Assembly: GCA_026770705.1 (NCBI GenBank)
Contig: JANJGN010000007.1
Span: 179,428,001 to 179,492,000, forward strand
Direction: 5' to 3'
Length of the DNA: 64,000 bases
DNA from: Isurus oxyrinchus
Lineage: Eukaryota
Positions 35,801-50,800 of this stretch are shown here, in pieces; position 1 is the first letter of the stretch, and each line of letters opens with the position of its first letter. The notes beneath the pieces were generated by a model. That model did no database searches. It was given only the letters and a program-made list of their open reading frames with translations, and was not told the DNA's origin. A program made the translations under genes and the position numbers.

Positions 35801-38800
35801 CTTGAGTCTCTCCATCATAAGCTTTTTCCTTTTCGTTTTCCCGATGGAGTTGGACATGTCTCCATCCCCAGGCTTTGTGCTTTGAACCTAGGTGATGAAA
35901 GACCTCTTGACGTAAGGTTTCGGAAAATCTTAAGCTTTCGGAGCAGATCAGCTTTGTTCAATTGTCAGTTGTTGTCCCTGCAAAGCTGATTGACATGTGG
36001 TTAAGGAGCTCCCTCTTCAGTTTCCTTTGCTATTTGTATCTAGTGCCTAGGGTGTAAAATCTGCCTCCAGACCAGTGGATTGTTCTAGAGATGGTTACCG
36101 GAGCAACCTTGATCCAACCCGCTTGCCTTGCTTTTTGAGTGACTGTATAATTCCTGTTGTACATTGGAGGCAAACTATCCTTATCACTTCCTAATATATG
36201 TCTGTAGGGGAAAAAGGGAAAATAAGTTTTGAATTTCAACTGTGGCTGAGAAAAGTGTGTGTTTTCCATACATTGCAAGCAACTGGGGTCAGGAGTTGTA
36301 TTTCTACATTGTAGCTGCTGTAGAGCATACAATTGGGGGGAGTATTCGTTGCACTGGGGAGTTGCGTCACAAAGCACTGACAAGGGCTCAAAAGACTGGG
36401 CATATCACAAAAATTGGGATGGAGTGCAATGTGGAAGTTAGAGGGAATATGTGTGTTCTGCAGCATGTGATGAAGATGGAATGAGTGAAGGTTTGATGTG
36501 TTGATATTTGGCACTTGGGTATGGGAGTTTTGGTTTAGAGGAGAATGGGAAGGTGTAATATTAGTTTAGATTTGCGATTCCACGGAGGGTCGTACCCCAG
36601 AGGTAGCCCTGAAGATGTGCTGGAGACCCCTTTGGAAGTCCCCATGCAAGGATTGCATGGGAATTGCCCACAAAGTTTCAACTTGAGTGGGCAATTATCC
36701 TGGGTCTGGAACACTATGAAACTCCAATTTAAAAGTTGGAGACTTTGGATGATTCCAGCTCACTTAGCAGAACAGTTACCCAGGAAAAGCTAGAAGGATT
36801 AAAACCTGGGTAACTATAGTATTGATCACATACCACACCTGCCTCCCTTAGCTGCACCATCCCTGTCTGCATACCCCCCTTCCCGCCATCGGCACACCCC
36901 TGCCTGCACCTTCCCCCGACTGCCCTCCCCTGACCACTCTCCCAACTACTCTCCCTTGACCACCACCACCACCTGAACCATCCCACCTGAATACCTCCCC
37001 AGTGACACCTTTGCTACTCCCTGACAATTTGACCCGTTCTAGTTTCTAGAAGTGGCTGGGATATTTAAAATTAGCGGAATATAGCAGCTAGCGCTGTAAA
37101 AAGATTGCATGGCTCCTTTTTCCCCAACGATCCTGCACTGCACTGAAGTCCTACAGGAGCAGCTATGCTGCACATTTCCTAGCAGGCCTGGCTTGGAAGT
37201 CCAAGCGAGAAATGTGGAGTTCCAGACTAAGGTAGGAAAAAAGGAGCGGAGTGACAATCCAACGGTGATTGCTACTGCATTGAAGATTCAGGCCATAGTG
37301 TTGGTTTGTTTTGCAGCCAATGACTTGATCATGGTTGTGCAGAATGGAACAGCAGAGCTGGAAATTGTCCTCTTGGCATAATGAGGCCATGTGAGTTTTG
37401 GTATTGATACCATATTTGGGTAACTTGGAAGGTTTTAAATTGGGTGCTTGACCATTTGAGTTGAAAGCACTGCAAATCTGGAATCCATTATGAAGGAAAT
37501 AGTAACAGGATATTTTGAAAATTATAATACAATCAAGCAGAGTCAGCATGGTATTATGAAAGGCATGTATGACAGGGACTCTCCTCTTGCGTCTCTCCTC
37601 TCGGTCATCAGTAAAGTGATGGAAGGGGTCATCAAAATTGCTATTAAGTGGCACTTGCTTAGCAATCACTTGGGACTGAGGCTCAGTTTGAGTTCCAGCA
37701 GGGTCACTCAACTCCTGACCTCATTACAGCCTTGGTTCAAACATGGACAAAACAGCTGAACTCCCGAGGTGAGGTGAAAGTGACTGCCCTTGACACCAAG
37801 GCCGCATTTGACCATGTGGCGCATCAGGGAGCCCTAGCAAAATTGGAGTCAATGGAAATTGGGGCATGGCGAGGTGGTGGTGGGCTGCTGTTTGGAGTCA
37901 TACCTAGAACAAAGGAGGATAGTTGTGGTTATTGGAGGTGAATCATATTGGAGGTGAATCATTATCTCAATGGACATCACTGCAGGACTCCCTCAGGGTA
38001 GTGTCCTTGGCCCAAACCTCTTCAGCTGCTTCATCAATGACCTTCCTTCCATATTAAGGCCAGAAGTGTGGATGCTCGCTGATGATTGCACATGTTCAGC
38101 ACTATTTGCAACTCCTCAGATACTGAAGCAGTCCATGTCCAAATGCAGCAAGACCTGGACAATATCCAGGCTCGGGCTGACATGTGGCAAGTAACATTCA
38201 TGCCACATGTGCCAGGCAATGACCATCTCCAACAAGGGAGAATCTAACCATCGCCTCTTGACATTCAATGGCATCACCATCACTGAATCCCCCACTATCA
38301 ACATCTTGGGGGTTACCGTTGACCAAAAACTGAACTGGATTAGCCATATAAATAGTATGACTACAAGAGCAGGTCCGAGGGTGGGAATCTTGCGATGAGT
38401 TGCTCATCTCCTGACTTCCCAAAACCTGTCCATCATCTGAGGCACAAGTCTGGAGTGTGGTGGAATGTTCTCCGCTTGCCTAAGTGAGTGCTGCTTCCAG
38501 AACACTCAAGAAGCTTGACACCATCCAGGATAAAGCAGCCCACTTGGTTGGCTTCCCATCCACAGATATTCACTCTTTCCACCACCAACGCACAGTGGCA
38601 GCAGTGTGTACCATCTACAAGTTGTACAGCAGGAACTTAGCAAGGCTCCTAAGAAAGCACCTTCCAAACTCATGATCACTATCTTGCAGAAGGACAAGGG
38701 CAACAGACACATGGGAACACCACCACCTGGAAGTTCCCCTCCAAGCCATTCACCAACCTGACATGGAACTATGTTGCCTTTCCTTCACTTTCGCTGGGTC

Positions 38801-41800
38801 AGAATCCTGCAGCTTGCTCCCTAACAGCACACTGGGTGTACCTACACCACATGCACTGCAGCAGTTCCACCAAACATTGACCTAATAATGATGGTCAATA
38901 AATGCTGGCCTAGCCAGTGTTGCCCACATCTTATGAATGAAGAAAAAAAAATGTAAGTGTTGTCTTATGAGGAAAGGTTGAGCAGGTTGGGCCTACAGTG
39001 GAACTTAGAGGAATGAGAAATTGTCTTATTGATTATATGATTCTGAAGAGACTCGACAAGCTAGATGCTGAGAGGATGTTCCCCTCATGGGGTAATATAG
39101 AACTAGAGGTCACAGTTTCAAAATAGGAGTCTCCCTGTCATCTAAGATGGAGATGAGGAATTCCTTCTCTCAAAGGGTCATTGATCTTAGGAATCCTCTT
39201 CCCAAAGAGCAGTGGAGGCCAGTTCATTGAATATATTCAAGGCAGAGTTAGACAGATCTCTGAACTACAGCAAGATGAGGGTAATGGGCAGTGGCACGCA
39301 GGGTTGGTGGGGGGTAGGTCATGGTGTGGGCAGGAGAGTGGCATTAAGGTCACCATGAGATCAACCATGATCTTATTTGAATGATGGAGCAGGCCTGACA
39401 GGTGAAATAACCTACGCCTCCTCTATCTTATATTAAGCAAATATTTTCCAAGTTAAGTATTGTTGAAAATAATGATTTTCCCTTGCACTGTTTCCCTTAT
39501 AATGCCAATGGAAAGCCTTAAACTCTTAATTTGTTTGAACTGCATGTATGCTACCAAATTGTTGGTAGTCCCACTCTGCTTGATTGAGTATACCCCCGGG
39601 TTACATGGTGTCTCAATTGGGAAAGCACGTCGGTGCCATGGTACAAACAAATGACACTGGGCTGTGTCCAAGTCTTCACTTGACCAAGCTCTTCGGTCTT
39701 GTTGTTCAGTATTGGATTGGTGTATACACTGCACAGGGGTGACTGTATGCATATACCCACTCTCTTGTCTCCAACTGATGAGATTCTTTTGATTCCTGTC
39801 TGTCACAACAGAAAGTTTGTGTCACTTTTTTGGGACGTTGACAAACTCCACTTTCTCCAAGACTTGGTTTCTTTCTCAGATGCTTTGAATTGTATGAGAG
39901 GTTTGGACAAGCAGAGATTGTTTAGTCCTCTGGTATCTTTCCTTGCCAAGGAAAGCTGCTCTGGAACTTGAGGGAAGAACCTGAACCATAATAAACCTTT
40001 GGACATAACCACAGACTCAAGTTATTAAAACGAGAGAGATGGTAAATTGTTCAGATTTAACTAATTTTCACAGTGATTGTAGATAGCTCAGACAGGAAGA
40101 TCATGGTAATTCCAAGAGGGAGCTGGATACTTTAGAGGTAAGAGAAGAGACTGAAATTTAGGACTAGCCATATGGACCACAGTGATCTATCCAGCATGGT
40201 ACCAGAATCTTAAAAAGGTTTAATTGTGAAACCAGGGCGAAGAGCTTTGCAGTGCAGGGCATCGAGGTTGAAGCTAATAAAGAGATGAGATAAATGAGGA
40301 GATTGTGTTGCTGTTGCTTCCCGAACAGTTGATGTTCCTAATTGGCTACACATCATAGAGTTTGCCAGCTTGGTGTCGGCTGGCCACCTAACTTTTCAGA
40401 GTCCCATGTTCAAGCAAGCAATTTTCATTCTGGTGCTTTCTTGGTGTTCTGGAACCTCCTCCCTTCCCCTTATCCAGGTGTGGAATTGGCAGACCATCCT
40501 CACTCAAACCCTCTTAGCTCACTGCGCTAGTTTTTGGCAGGACTACCACTTAAAGCCCGGTGTGTTGGAGAACACTGAGCTAAATGGCCTCTAATGTGAT
40601 AAAGCCAGTGACTGGATGGATGAATTAAATTATTTATTAGGAAACCAGGGTCAAAAGTCAGGGAATTCAAGATTTTAAGAGTAAAAGAAGCAAAACATAC
40701 TAGGAAGCTGTGGTTCAGTGCGCCAAAGAAATTCACCCAAGATAACCAGTGCCTTGTGTTAACCAATGGTTTGAGGTCTTGTGTTTTGTTCTATTAACTG
40801 GCGTCTATGGTTTCAGCCGGCCATGACCATCTCTTCAATCAGGCCAGGACACCCAGTGCAAGCCAAAGTAGTTCAACCTGCAGCTATGCCAGCTAACGCA
40901 GTGTCAGTTGCTGCTTCACAGCCTGCCTACACAGCAGCTCCCACTCTGGTAAGTGCAACACCAGCCCCTGCATGATCCATATTGTTAAGGGTGAGTTTTT
41001 TTTCCATGTCTCCAGGACAGGAATGGTGATGTCATGCATCCAGTGACAAAATGACTTGCCATGCAAAGCGTCATATCACTCCACCTGCTCATGGCCTTGT
41101 GTGTGAAAGTGCAACACCTGTTGTTGGGGCTGCTTCTGGAGCAGAAGTTTCCACTTAATGAGAATGGTGGGCAAGCGTGTGAGTGAGCTCCTCAGTGGGG
41201 CACCAGAAAAGCCTTTACCTTGCTGAGCATGCGGTCAGAGGCAGCAGGTAAAATTAATAAGCTTCCTTTTGCTTGCTCCCCCTTTCCTTTTTCATTAGCT
41301 CACCACATTAATTGAACCATGGCTGACCTGTATCTCAATCCCATCTACCTGCCTTGGTTCTAATACCCTATGAAACCCTTAGCAAAAATCTGTCGATCTC
41401 AGTTTGGGAAATTGCAGCTGTCTCCAGCACCCACAGCTTTTTGTGGTGGGAGGGGCGAGGTGGAGGTGGGTTGAGTTCCAGATTCCAGGCCAATCATCTC
41501 AGCCTGGACATTGCTGCAAGAGTTTCTCAGAGCAGCGTCCTCAGCCCAGTCGTCTCCAGCTGCTTCATCAGTGATTTTCTGTCCCTCATAAGGGCAGAAG
41601 TGGGGATGTTTGCTGATGATTGCACAATTTGCTACTCTTCAGATACTGAAGCACTCCTTGAACTTATGCAGAAAGATCTGGGCAATATTCGGGCTTGGGC
41701 TGATAAGTACAAGTAATGTTCTCGCCACACAAGTGCCAGGCAATGACCATCTCCAACAAGAGGCGATCTAACCATCTCACCTTGTCGTTCAGTGATATTA

Positions 41801-44800
41801 CCGTCGCTGACTCCCCCAGTACTACATCCTGGGGTTGGTGGGGGGGTGATGTTATCATTGACTAGGAGCTGACTTAGAGCAGCCATATAAAGACTTTGGC
41901 CGCAAGGTCAGAGGCTTGGATTCCTGCGGCAGATAATTCACCACCTGACTCCCCAAAGCCTGTCCTCCATCTACAGGGCACAAATCTGGAGTGTGATGGA
42001 ATACCTTCCGCTTGTCTGGATGAGTGCAGCTCCAACAGCACTCAAGAAGCTTAATACCTTTCAGAACAAAGCAGTTCTTTTGATTGGCATCTCATTCACC
42101 ATGTTAAACATTCACTCCATTCTCACAAGTGCACTGCGGCAGCAGTGTGTACCATCTACAAGATGCACTGCAGCAACAAGTCAAGCTTCCCTTGACAGCA
42201 CCTCCCAAACCTGAGAACTCTGTCACTTAGAAGGACAAAGGGTAGCAAGCACATGGGAACATCACCACCAGCAGGTTTCCCTCCAAGTCACACACCATCC
42301 TGACTTGGAATTATATGGGCGTCCCTTCACTGTCGCTGGTTCAAAATCCTGGAACTCCTTTCCCAACTGCACCACGTAGACTGCAGAGGTTCAAGAAGGT
42401 GGCTCACCACGACCTTCTCAAGGGACATTAGGGATGGGCAACAAATGCTGGCCTTGTCAGCGATGCTCACATCCCGTTGTTAAGATGCAGCGGATGACGT
42501 GTGGCAGGTGGATCAAATCCACAAGGGAAATTCGATCATGCTATCACAATGGCTTTGCAATTTGTATTTATTTTGAGATGCGTGCCCTGAATTCAGAAAT
42601 AATAAGTCAGAGATTTTTTAAAAACTAACATTAAAATATTAATTAACAAAAGAGAAGATTTCAAGCACATACATAGGACTACAGATCACTACTATAATAA
42701 CTCGTAAAATCCCTAATTAACCTGGCTCCCAGTTACACCCCCTTTAAGGCAACAGTCCAAAAATAGATTTTTTAGATGTTAAACAGATCCAGCAAGTTTC
42801 CACTATCCAGGGTGTTGTGCTATTCGAAGTGGCTTTCTTCAACTTTGGTTTTTGTAGACAGCAGACTTCATGCACAAATCCTGGAGACTTCACACTCTTC
42901 TGTTAGATCTTACGATGCCTTCTCCTGACACACAGCCTCATTCTCCTTTATATAAGTTTCAGTCTTTTTAATATGTAAATTCCATTGTTGTACTATCTCT
43001 TTGGAACTTAAACCTTTCTTATAATGTTACTATTGTTCTCATTAACCTCTTTGAAATTCACTCCCCCTCATCTATCTAAAAATGCAAATTCCATTTACAT
43101 CTTACATGCTAAGACTCCAAACATGTTTACTCATTAGCATATTAAAGACACGTCTACACCTTACTACCTTTGATAACTTCAACTTGCAGTCTGCTTGGCT
43201 ACAAAATGTAATTAAATCTCTCTCACACACGCAAAAACACAACCCCCATAAACTCACCACAATAAACTAGAAAAATATTACGAAAATTATTATACACTCA
43301 TAACACCCATGAAAGAGCAAAAAAAAATTCCCCTGCCCTTTGTGTGGGGAAGGTCCTCCTTAATTTTGTCTCATGATTAGCTCTAATTTTAACGTTGTGT
43401 CCTTTTGTTCTAGATTCCAAACCAGAGGAAATAATTTCTCTGGATCAGTTTTATTTCCTTACCTCTCCTTTAGTGCATGGAATATAAGTCAAACCATCTT
43501 CAGCCCAATGCACATCTGTGGCCTGCACTCAGCCAAAAACACCATGGCTGTACCAGACTCCATGTTTAACTTGCTGAACAGAATCTTCCTGAAACAGACC
43601 ATCACAGGTCCTCCATTTTAAAACAAGGAAAGGAGTAGCCTCCATTTTTAATTTGGGTTGCTTGAATCCAGTTAATATATTAATGTTCATGTCTGTGCAC
43701 AATTTGTCAACACTTTGCACTTATGGATTCTGATGTCAGATGAAAATGTAATCTTATCTGAAGTTGGGAGTTGCTGTAATTATATCCTTAAATTGAAGGT
43801 ACTGTAGCACGATTACTGGTGGAGTGTGTAACTTTTTAAAATTAATTTACGGGATGTTGGCTTCGCTGGCTGGGCCAGCTTTTATTGCCCATCCCTAGTT
43901 GCCCTTGAGAAGGTGGTGGAGAGCTGCCTCTTTGAACCCCTGCAGTCCATGTGGTGTAGGTACACCCACAGTGCTGTTAGGAAGGGAGTTCCAGAATTTT
44001 GACCCAGCGGCAATCAGGAACAGCGATACATTTCCAAGTCAGGATGGTGAGTGACTTGGAGGGTTACTTCCAGGTGGTGATGTTCCCATCTATCTGCAGC
44101 CCTTGTCCTTCTAGATGGTAGTGATCGTGGGTTTGGAAGGTGTTGTCTAAGGAGCCTTAGTGAATTCCTGCGGTATGACAAGTTTATGTAGCATTTTTCC
44201 ATTAAAATTATGGCCATAGAATTTATAATAAAAATATAAGGAGGACAGAATTTATGACTTCAAACTGGAAGCTGAGTGAGAACACGTACTTTGTAGCAAC
44301 GATCCCTTCTAACCCTGCTTTACCCGATGACGGTACTGGATTCAGACTCTTTTTGTGCAATTCCAAGGGAGATTGGTAAGGATTTAAAATACCTATAAAA
44401 AAAAAAAATCTAGCAATGCCAAAGTTCCCTTTTTGTCAACTTGTCAAGGATTTTACTTGAATACTGTTGTACAAATGTTTGCTTCTGGTGATAAAGTTGT
44501 ATAAGTGGTCCTATTACTGCGCTATTAATCCAGAGAGCAAGATTTCAAACCCCACTTGGACAGTTTGAGAATTTGAATTTGGTTTCAAAAATCAGAAATA
44601 AGGAAAACTTGCCTCAGTAAAAGTGACAATGAAGATGTTGGATGATTGTTAAAAATTCAACTGGTTAACTAGTTCTTTCAGGAAGAAAATCTGTATTTAA
44701 CCCGTCAGGGCTTATTGTATGTATCTCAGTCCCACAGCAATGTGGTTGACTCTTAACTAACCTCTTGTGGCCTGGCAAGGCACTCAGTTGTATCAACCTT

Positions 44801-47800
44801 CTACAACAAGGCCAGCCATCACATTGACAGTGTAATGTATAATTGCCAATGAGGTCTACATCCTGAAAATAAAAAGAAGTCTCGAATAGAGCATGAGCAG
44901 AAGAAATAGGAGCAGGAGGAGGCTATTCTGTCCTTCAAACGTGCTTGGTTATTCAATGAGATCATGGCTGATCTACCTTGACTCCACTTTGCCGCACTAT
45001 CTCCATATCCCTTAATACCCTTGAAACCCAAAAATCTATTAATCTCTGCCTTGCGTATACTCAACAACAAAGCATGCATAGCTCTCTGGGTCAAGAATTC
45101 CAAAGATTCATAACCTCCTCAGTCCAAAATGGTCAATATCTCTGCCATTTCTATACCAGACTGATTCCTGGGATGGCACAATTGTCGTATGAGGAGAAAT
45201 TGGGCTGACTAGGCCTGTATTCACTGGAATATAGAAGAATGAGAGGAGATCTCATTGATAAGTATAAAATTCTGACAGGGCTGGACAGACTGGATGCTGA
45301 GATGATATTTCCCCTGGCTGGGGGATCTAGAACACAATCTCAGGATACGGTTTAGGCCATTTGGGACTGAGATGACGAGAAGCTTCTTCACTCAGAGGGT
45401 GGTGAAGCTGTGGAATTCTCTACCAAAAGGCTGTGGAGGCCAAGTTACTGAATATATTTAAGAAGGAAATAGATTTCTGAACTCTAAAGACGTCAGTGGG
45501 GATGGGGAGAGAGCGAGAGTGTGGCATCGATAGAGGGTCAGCCATGATCATATGGAATGGCAGAGCAGGCTCAAAGGGCCAAATGACAATTGTGGTGTCA
45601 TGACTGTGATCCCATGTTCTAGGCTTCCCAGTCAGGGAAACATCCTCCCAGCAAAAAGGACCCTGTTAAGTCCCTTAAACTGGCCAGCAGGCTGCATGAG
45701 TGTTAAAATTCTGCTCTGGTCAGTTCTGATGAAAAGATCATCAATCTGAAATCTGTATCGCCCTCCACTGATGTTGCCAGGCTTAATGAGTGCTTAAAGT
45801 ATATTCTGTTTTTATTTTGAATAAGAATATTTTCCACCAGTTGGTGAGATTTAAAGTTGCTGTTATTTGTTGCAGATATCTGGCCGTACCAGCACTTCCC
45901 AGACTGTATACACAACAACCTTAACTGGTGTGGGCAGCCATCACACCATTATGTCTCAAGCCCCAACCCAGACCACCGCTTCACTTCAGCCCCAATCTGC
46001 AACCAAGACACAACTGCAAGTCCATCCTCAAGTTATACCCAGTTCCCCGCTGCCAGGAACACCCGCAGTTACACAGGTCTTTGTGGTCGCATTGATTTCT
46101 TTAAGAAATACTTTTCTTAAAAATTGACTTTACCAATTCTCTTCAAGAGATCCAGGATGTGGTGGTGAATGTGTTTAACCTTATTTGTGTTCTTGTCTCC
46201 TCCTCTACCCTAGGTTTCCCTGGCACCACATCCTGCTGCACCCCTGGCGAAAGCTGGACAGGTAACCTAGCCTGAGCTGATGTCACTCTTCAGCTGGCTG
46301 CTGGGACGCATGTGATCTGATCTGATCTGGCAGTGACTGAGACACAAATCTTCCCTTTTCCTGTGGAGGAGGTGCCTATGATTAACCTAGCAACGTCCTG
46401 TAGCTCTGTGCTGCCGGACACGCTGCCCAAAAAGGAACTTGCAGAGCTGACAAATGAACCCCTCGTTAATTCCTGTTCATAATGCCTGAGACGTCGACTA
46501 AATTTTTTGTTGAGGGAATTTGAACTGGTTCGTTCAGTAGATGAATACATCACCCAGTGCCAGACTCATTCTTGGAGATCAGGATGAGCCCAGACTCTCT
46601 CAGCAGTCTGTGCTATGATAACTCAACTCAGCCAGAGCAGCAGCACTGGGTCGAGTAGAAGTCAAATCAGCCAGCGTCACCATTCCTGCTCATTTCCCTC
46701 TGTTCCTTGCTGTGTGTGTGTGTGTTTTTGTCTGTCCATATGTGTGAGGTTTCAGTGGGATCAAGTTTGGCAGCGATGCCACATGCAGTTGAATAGGTTG
46801 TGATGTCTTTCACACTTGAATGGTGTGCCAGTGCTCTCATGGAGTTAAGTGAGGTACCGAATGTTTGACAGTGCTTAGGGAACTGAGTGCTAGCAAAAGT
46901 AACAACCTTCAGGAGTAGAAGGGAGAGCAATCCAGAAAAATGAATGGAATTGTGTAGGGATGCTTTTGGTGTTAGAGAATTTAGATTGTAAAGTTTAACA
47001 AGAAATCCATTCTTTGTGAGAATTTTACTGTATTGTTTCTGCAAACTGGAATTGTCAACAACCTTTTAACAAAAACCAAATGTTGATGGGGCAGCTTGCT
47101 GGGAGGGCTTACTGACTGTGTGAGCGAGCTGGATTAACATCAGTAGTGACTTGGTCAGTAACGAGGCTCCTAGGAGAGAGATGCTCATAATTTTGCTTCC
47201 CTGGCCTTGGAAGTGGAGAAACTTAAGCTTGGGTTTCTGCTCCTGATTGCTTTCTGGCAGTCCGAGTTTGGCACTTCCTTTGGATATTCCTTCAGTGAAA
47301 GGTGCTATATAAATGCAAGTTGTCATTGTACATGTGTATGGACAACAAGCAAGGGTAGCATTGGATTGCTGTAGTCACTGTTTGTACAGCCAGGACTACT
47401 CAACTCAGAGGAGGCTATTTGGGCTGTCATGTTTCTCCGCTTTCTCCATAGCCCTGTATCATTCGCTGATGCAAATGTTTATTTGATCTTCCTTCAAAGA
47501 ATACAATGATTTCTGCCTCAGTTGCTCCCTGTGGCAAAACGTTTGATGTTCCAGTAATCCTCTATCTAGAGGTTTCTTGTCTCTCTCTCTTCACTTCCTT
47601 AGTGACAGTGCTAAATTCATGACCCCTTGTCATTGACGCTCCGACCAGAGGAAATTGTTTTTACCTGTTTACTCTATGAAGACCCTTGGAAATTTAAATA
47701 TTGCGATTATAGCTCTGGCTTGCAAGCCTATAACAATTTAGAGGCTACATGGAGCTGAATAGAAAGCGTCTCAATCCTTGGTTTCTGGGCTACACATTCA

Positions 47801-50800
47801 GATTTTATTAGAGAGCATGGCTGGTTGCTCGATAATTGGCACCAATAGTACCAAGTTGCCAACTCTGCCATGGGTTATCTTGGTTCCGAACTTGTATCAG
47901 GAGGTGTGTCACCTCATTTCTGTTTGAACCCTGGAGCCACTTGTATGACCCCAGCCCAACTTAACCCTGTTTCATCTCGCTGAGGCGATCATCTTTGCCT
48001 GATGACTGACCAGAGACTAAACAATGACGAGTTGAATTTGAGTCATTTTTGGGTGAATAACCGAAATGAGTACCACCTCGCAAGTAGCATTGTGAGCAGC
48101 ACAACTCCTCATATGTGGAGACAGTACTTCTATCCTTCTAAGCATAGAATATTGACATCCAGATCCTTCAGGAGATCAGGGAAAAAGACTCGGGAAAGAA
48201 GTACAAGAGAGGGAAATAAATACTTGTGATTAATGCTCATGTTTTCGTCTTTTAAATCTAGGAAATGCAGGAAAATGTGAAGAAGTGCAAGAACTTTCTT
48301 GCAACCTTGATTAAACTTGCATCACACAGTGGACAGTCTGCAGACACTTCCCGGAATGTGAAGAGCCTTGTTCAAGATCTGTTGGCAAGTGGCAGAGCTT
48401 GCTTCTAACTGGTTTTATAGTAGTAATTGTAATTTTCACGGAATATCAGACTCCCGCAGTGTGAGGTTAGCCTGAATATGGACCAAAGTTCCAGGATTTG
48501 CTGATGGCTGCTGCCTATTTAAAATGGACTGTTAAGCTCAGTGTGTTCTTGTGTTGCTGGAAAAGCAAAGAATGTATTTGCACCATGTGAGCAAATAATT
48601 ACAGCAGTAAATAAGAAATCAGTCATATTGTTTGCATTGAAATTGCCCAATACATGCATACTTGAGTGATAGTAAGAGGTTGCAAGTGCTACCCTTCACT
48701 TTGTAATCTACAGAACCACTTACAAGTTTCAAAAAGCATCTGATAGTGTTCTTTAAGAGACTAATGAGTAGAAAGCACAGAGTAGGAATGAGTAACTTTT
48801 CTCACAAGATGGTGATGGAGCTGGTGCTGGGAGTCGAACCTGCACTTGTCTTGTATTCCTGTATACACAAAACATGGACATGGGGATGGAATGAATGTGA
48901 CCTTTTGCTGCTGTTGAATTGGGGAGGAAGATCATAGGAGGGCACAGAGTACAGGAGAGTGAACAGGTCTGTGGCAAATGCTGTTAAACATGAATTAACA
49001 TAAAGTAATACATTTGGTGGAAAATAATAATAGAAATACAACCTAGTTCACAGTAAAAAAAAACAGTGCAGATACACAGTCTTTCAAAACAGGTTTACAG
49101 ATTGAAAAAGGGCGAATTATAATTATATAGTGGGATACTATAGAAGAGCAAGATGCTATATTTGTAAAGCACAGGTTAGGTCAGAGTAATGTGCAGTTTT
49201 GTAGATCCTTTTACAAAAAGGATCTTGGCACTGTGAAGGCGGTACATCATAGATCACCTAAACTGAAATAGGGGTGGACAGGATAAGCTTACAATGACAG
49301 ATTATACATCTTGAAGCAGAAATGATTGTGGGGATCTATAAAGTTATTCCATAAAAATGAAAACGTTTGCAAGAGTGAAAGATTTGTTCAACTGGGCAGT
49401 GAATTCATAAAAGACTCAGGATCAGCACAAGAGACATGGTAACAGGAATTAGCTATTCAGCCCTTTGAGCTGGTTCTGTCATTTGCTGTTTGATCATGAC
49501 TGATCTGTAGCACAGTTCCATTTTCCCCCCTTAGTTCCATATTCCTTGATACCCTTGCCTCAAAAAATTCAGTTGAACTCTGTTTTGAAAGCTCCAGTTG
49601 ACCCCTAAATTTCACAGCCTTTTGTGGTGGTTATGTGGGGGCACTGAGTGAGGTGCAGGGGAATGTTTCCAATTTCTGCTACCCTTTGTGTGAAGAAGTG
49701 CTTCCTGACGTCAATCCTAACTGGCTCAAATGGGAAGGATTTGGAATGCATCGCTGTAAGCGCACAATAAAACTGAAAAATTTAACCCTTCAATACTTAA
49801 AGGTTTTAAAAGCGTGGACGAACATACGACTTAGCAGGAGTAGGCCACTCGGCCCCTCGAGCCTGCTCCGCCATTCAGTAAGATCATGGCTGACATTCCC
49901 ACCTACCCCTGATAACTTTTCACCCCTTTGTTAATCAAGAATTTATTTAGCTCTTCCCTAAAAATATTCAAAGACTCTGCTTCCATAGCCTTTTGAGGAA
50001 GAGAGTTCCAAAGACGACAGTCAAAAAATTTCTCCTCATTTCTGTCTTAAATGAGCGACCCCTTATTTTTAAACAGTGACCCCCCCCAGATCCTCCCACA
50101 AGAGCAAGCCTTCTCTTCAAATCCACCCTGTCAAGAGTCCTCAGGACCTTGTATGTTTCAATCAAGTCGCTTCTCAGTCTTCTAGATTCCAGTGGGTACA
50201 AGGCTAACTTGTTCAGCCTTTCCTCATGAGACAACCTCCCTACTTTTGTAATCAATTCCCCTCACAAATAATAAAATTCTATGAGCTTTCCTAATTGCTT
50301 GCCGAACCTGCATACTAACCTTTTGTGATTCATGCATGAGGGCACCCATTTGCCTCTGAATCTGAATTCTGCAAATCTCTCACCATTTAGATAATAAGCT
50401 TTTTCATTCTTCTTGCCAAAATGAACGATTTCACACTTGCCCACATTATACTCCATTTGCCAGATCTTTGCCCACTCACTTAACCTATCTATATCCCTTT
50501 GTAGCCTCCTTACGTCCTCTTCACAATTTACTTTCCTACCTATCTTTTGTTGTCAGCAAATTTAGCCACCAGTCCTTTGGTCCTTTTATCCACGTCATTT
50601 ATATAAATTGTAAAAAGTTGAGGCCACAGCACTGATCCCTGTGGCACACTACTTGTCGCATCCGGCCAACCAGAAAAAAGACCCATTTATGCCAACTCTC
50701 TGCTTGTTAGCTAGCCAATCTTCTATGGCAATATGTTATCCTTCATACCACGAGCTTTTATTTTCTGTGATAGCCTTTCATGTGGCACTTTGTCAAATGC

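Noticed and set aside
36830-37020. C-rich low-complexity tract and the neighbouring 182-aa ORF (37163-37711, minus strand)
   Set aside because: The tract has no regular period, and the ORF is partly antisense to LINE fragments with no recognisable domain.
39770-39830. CTGATGA...GAAA hammerhead-like pair
   Set aside because: No stem II pairing and no stem I/III complementarity.
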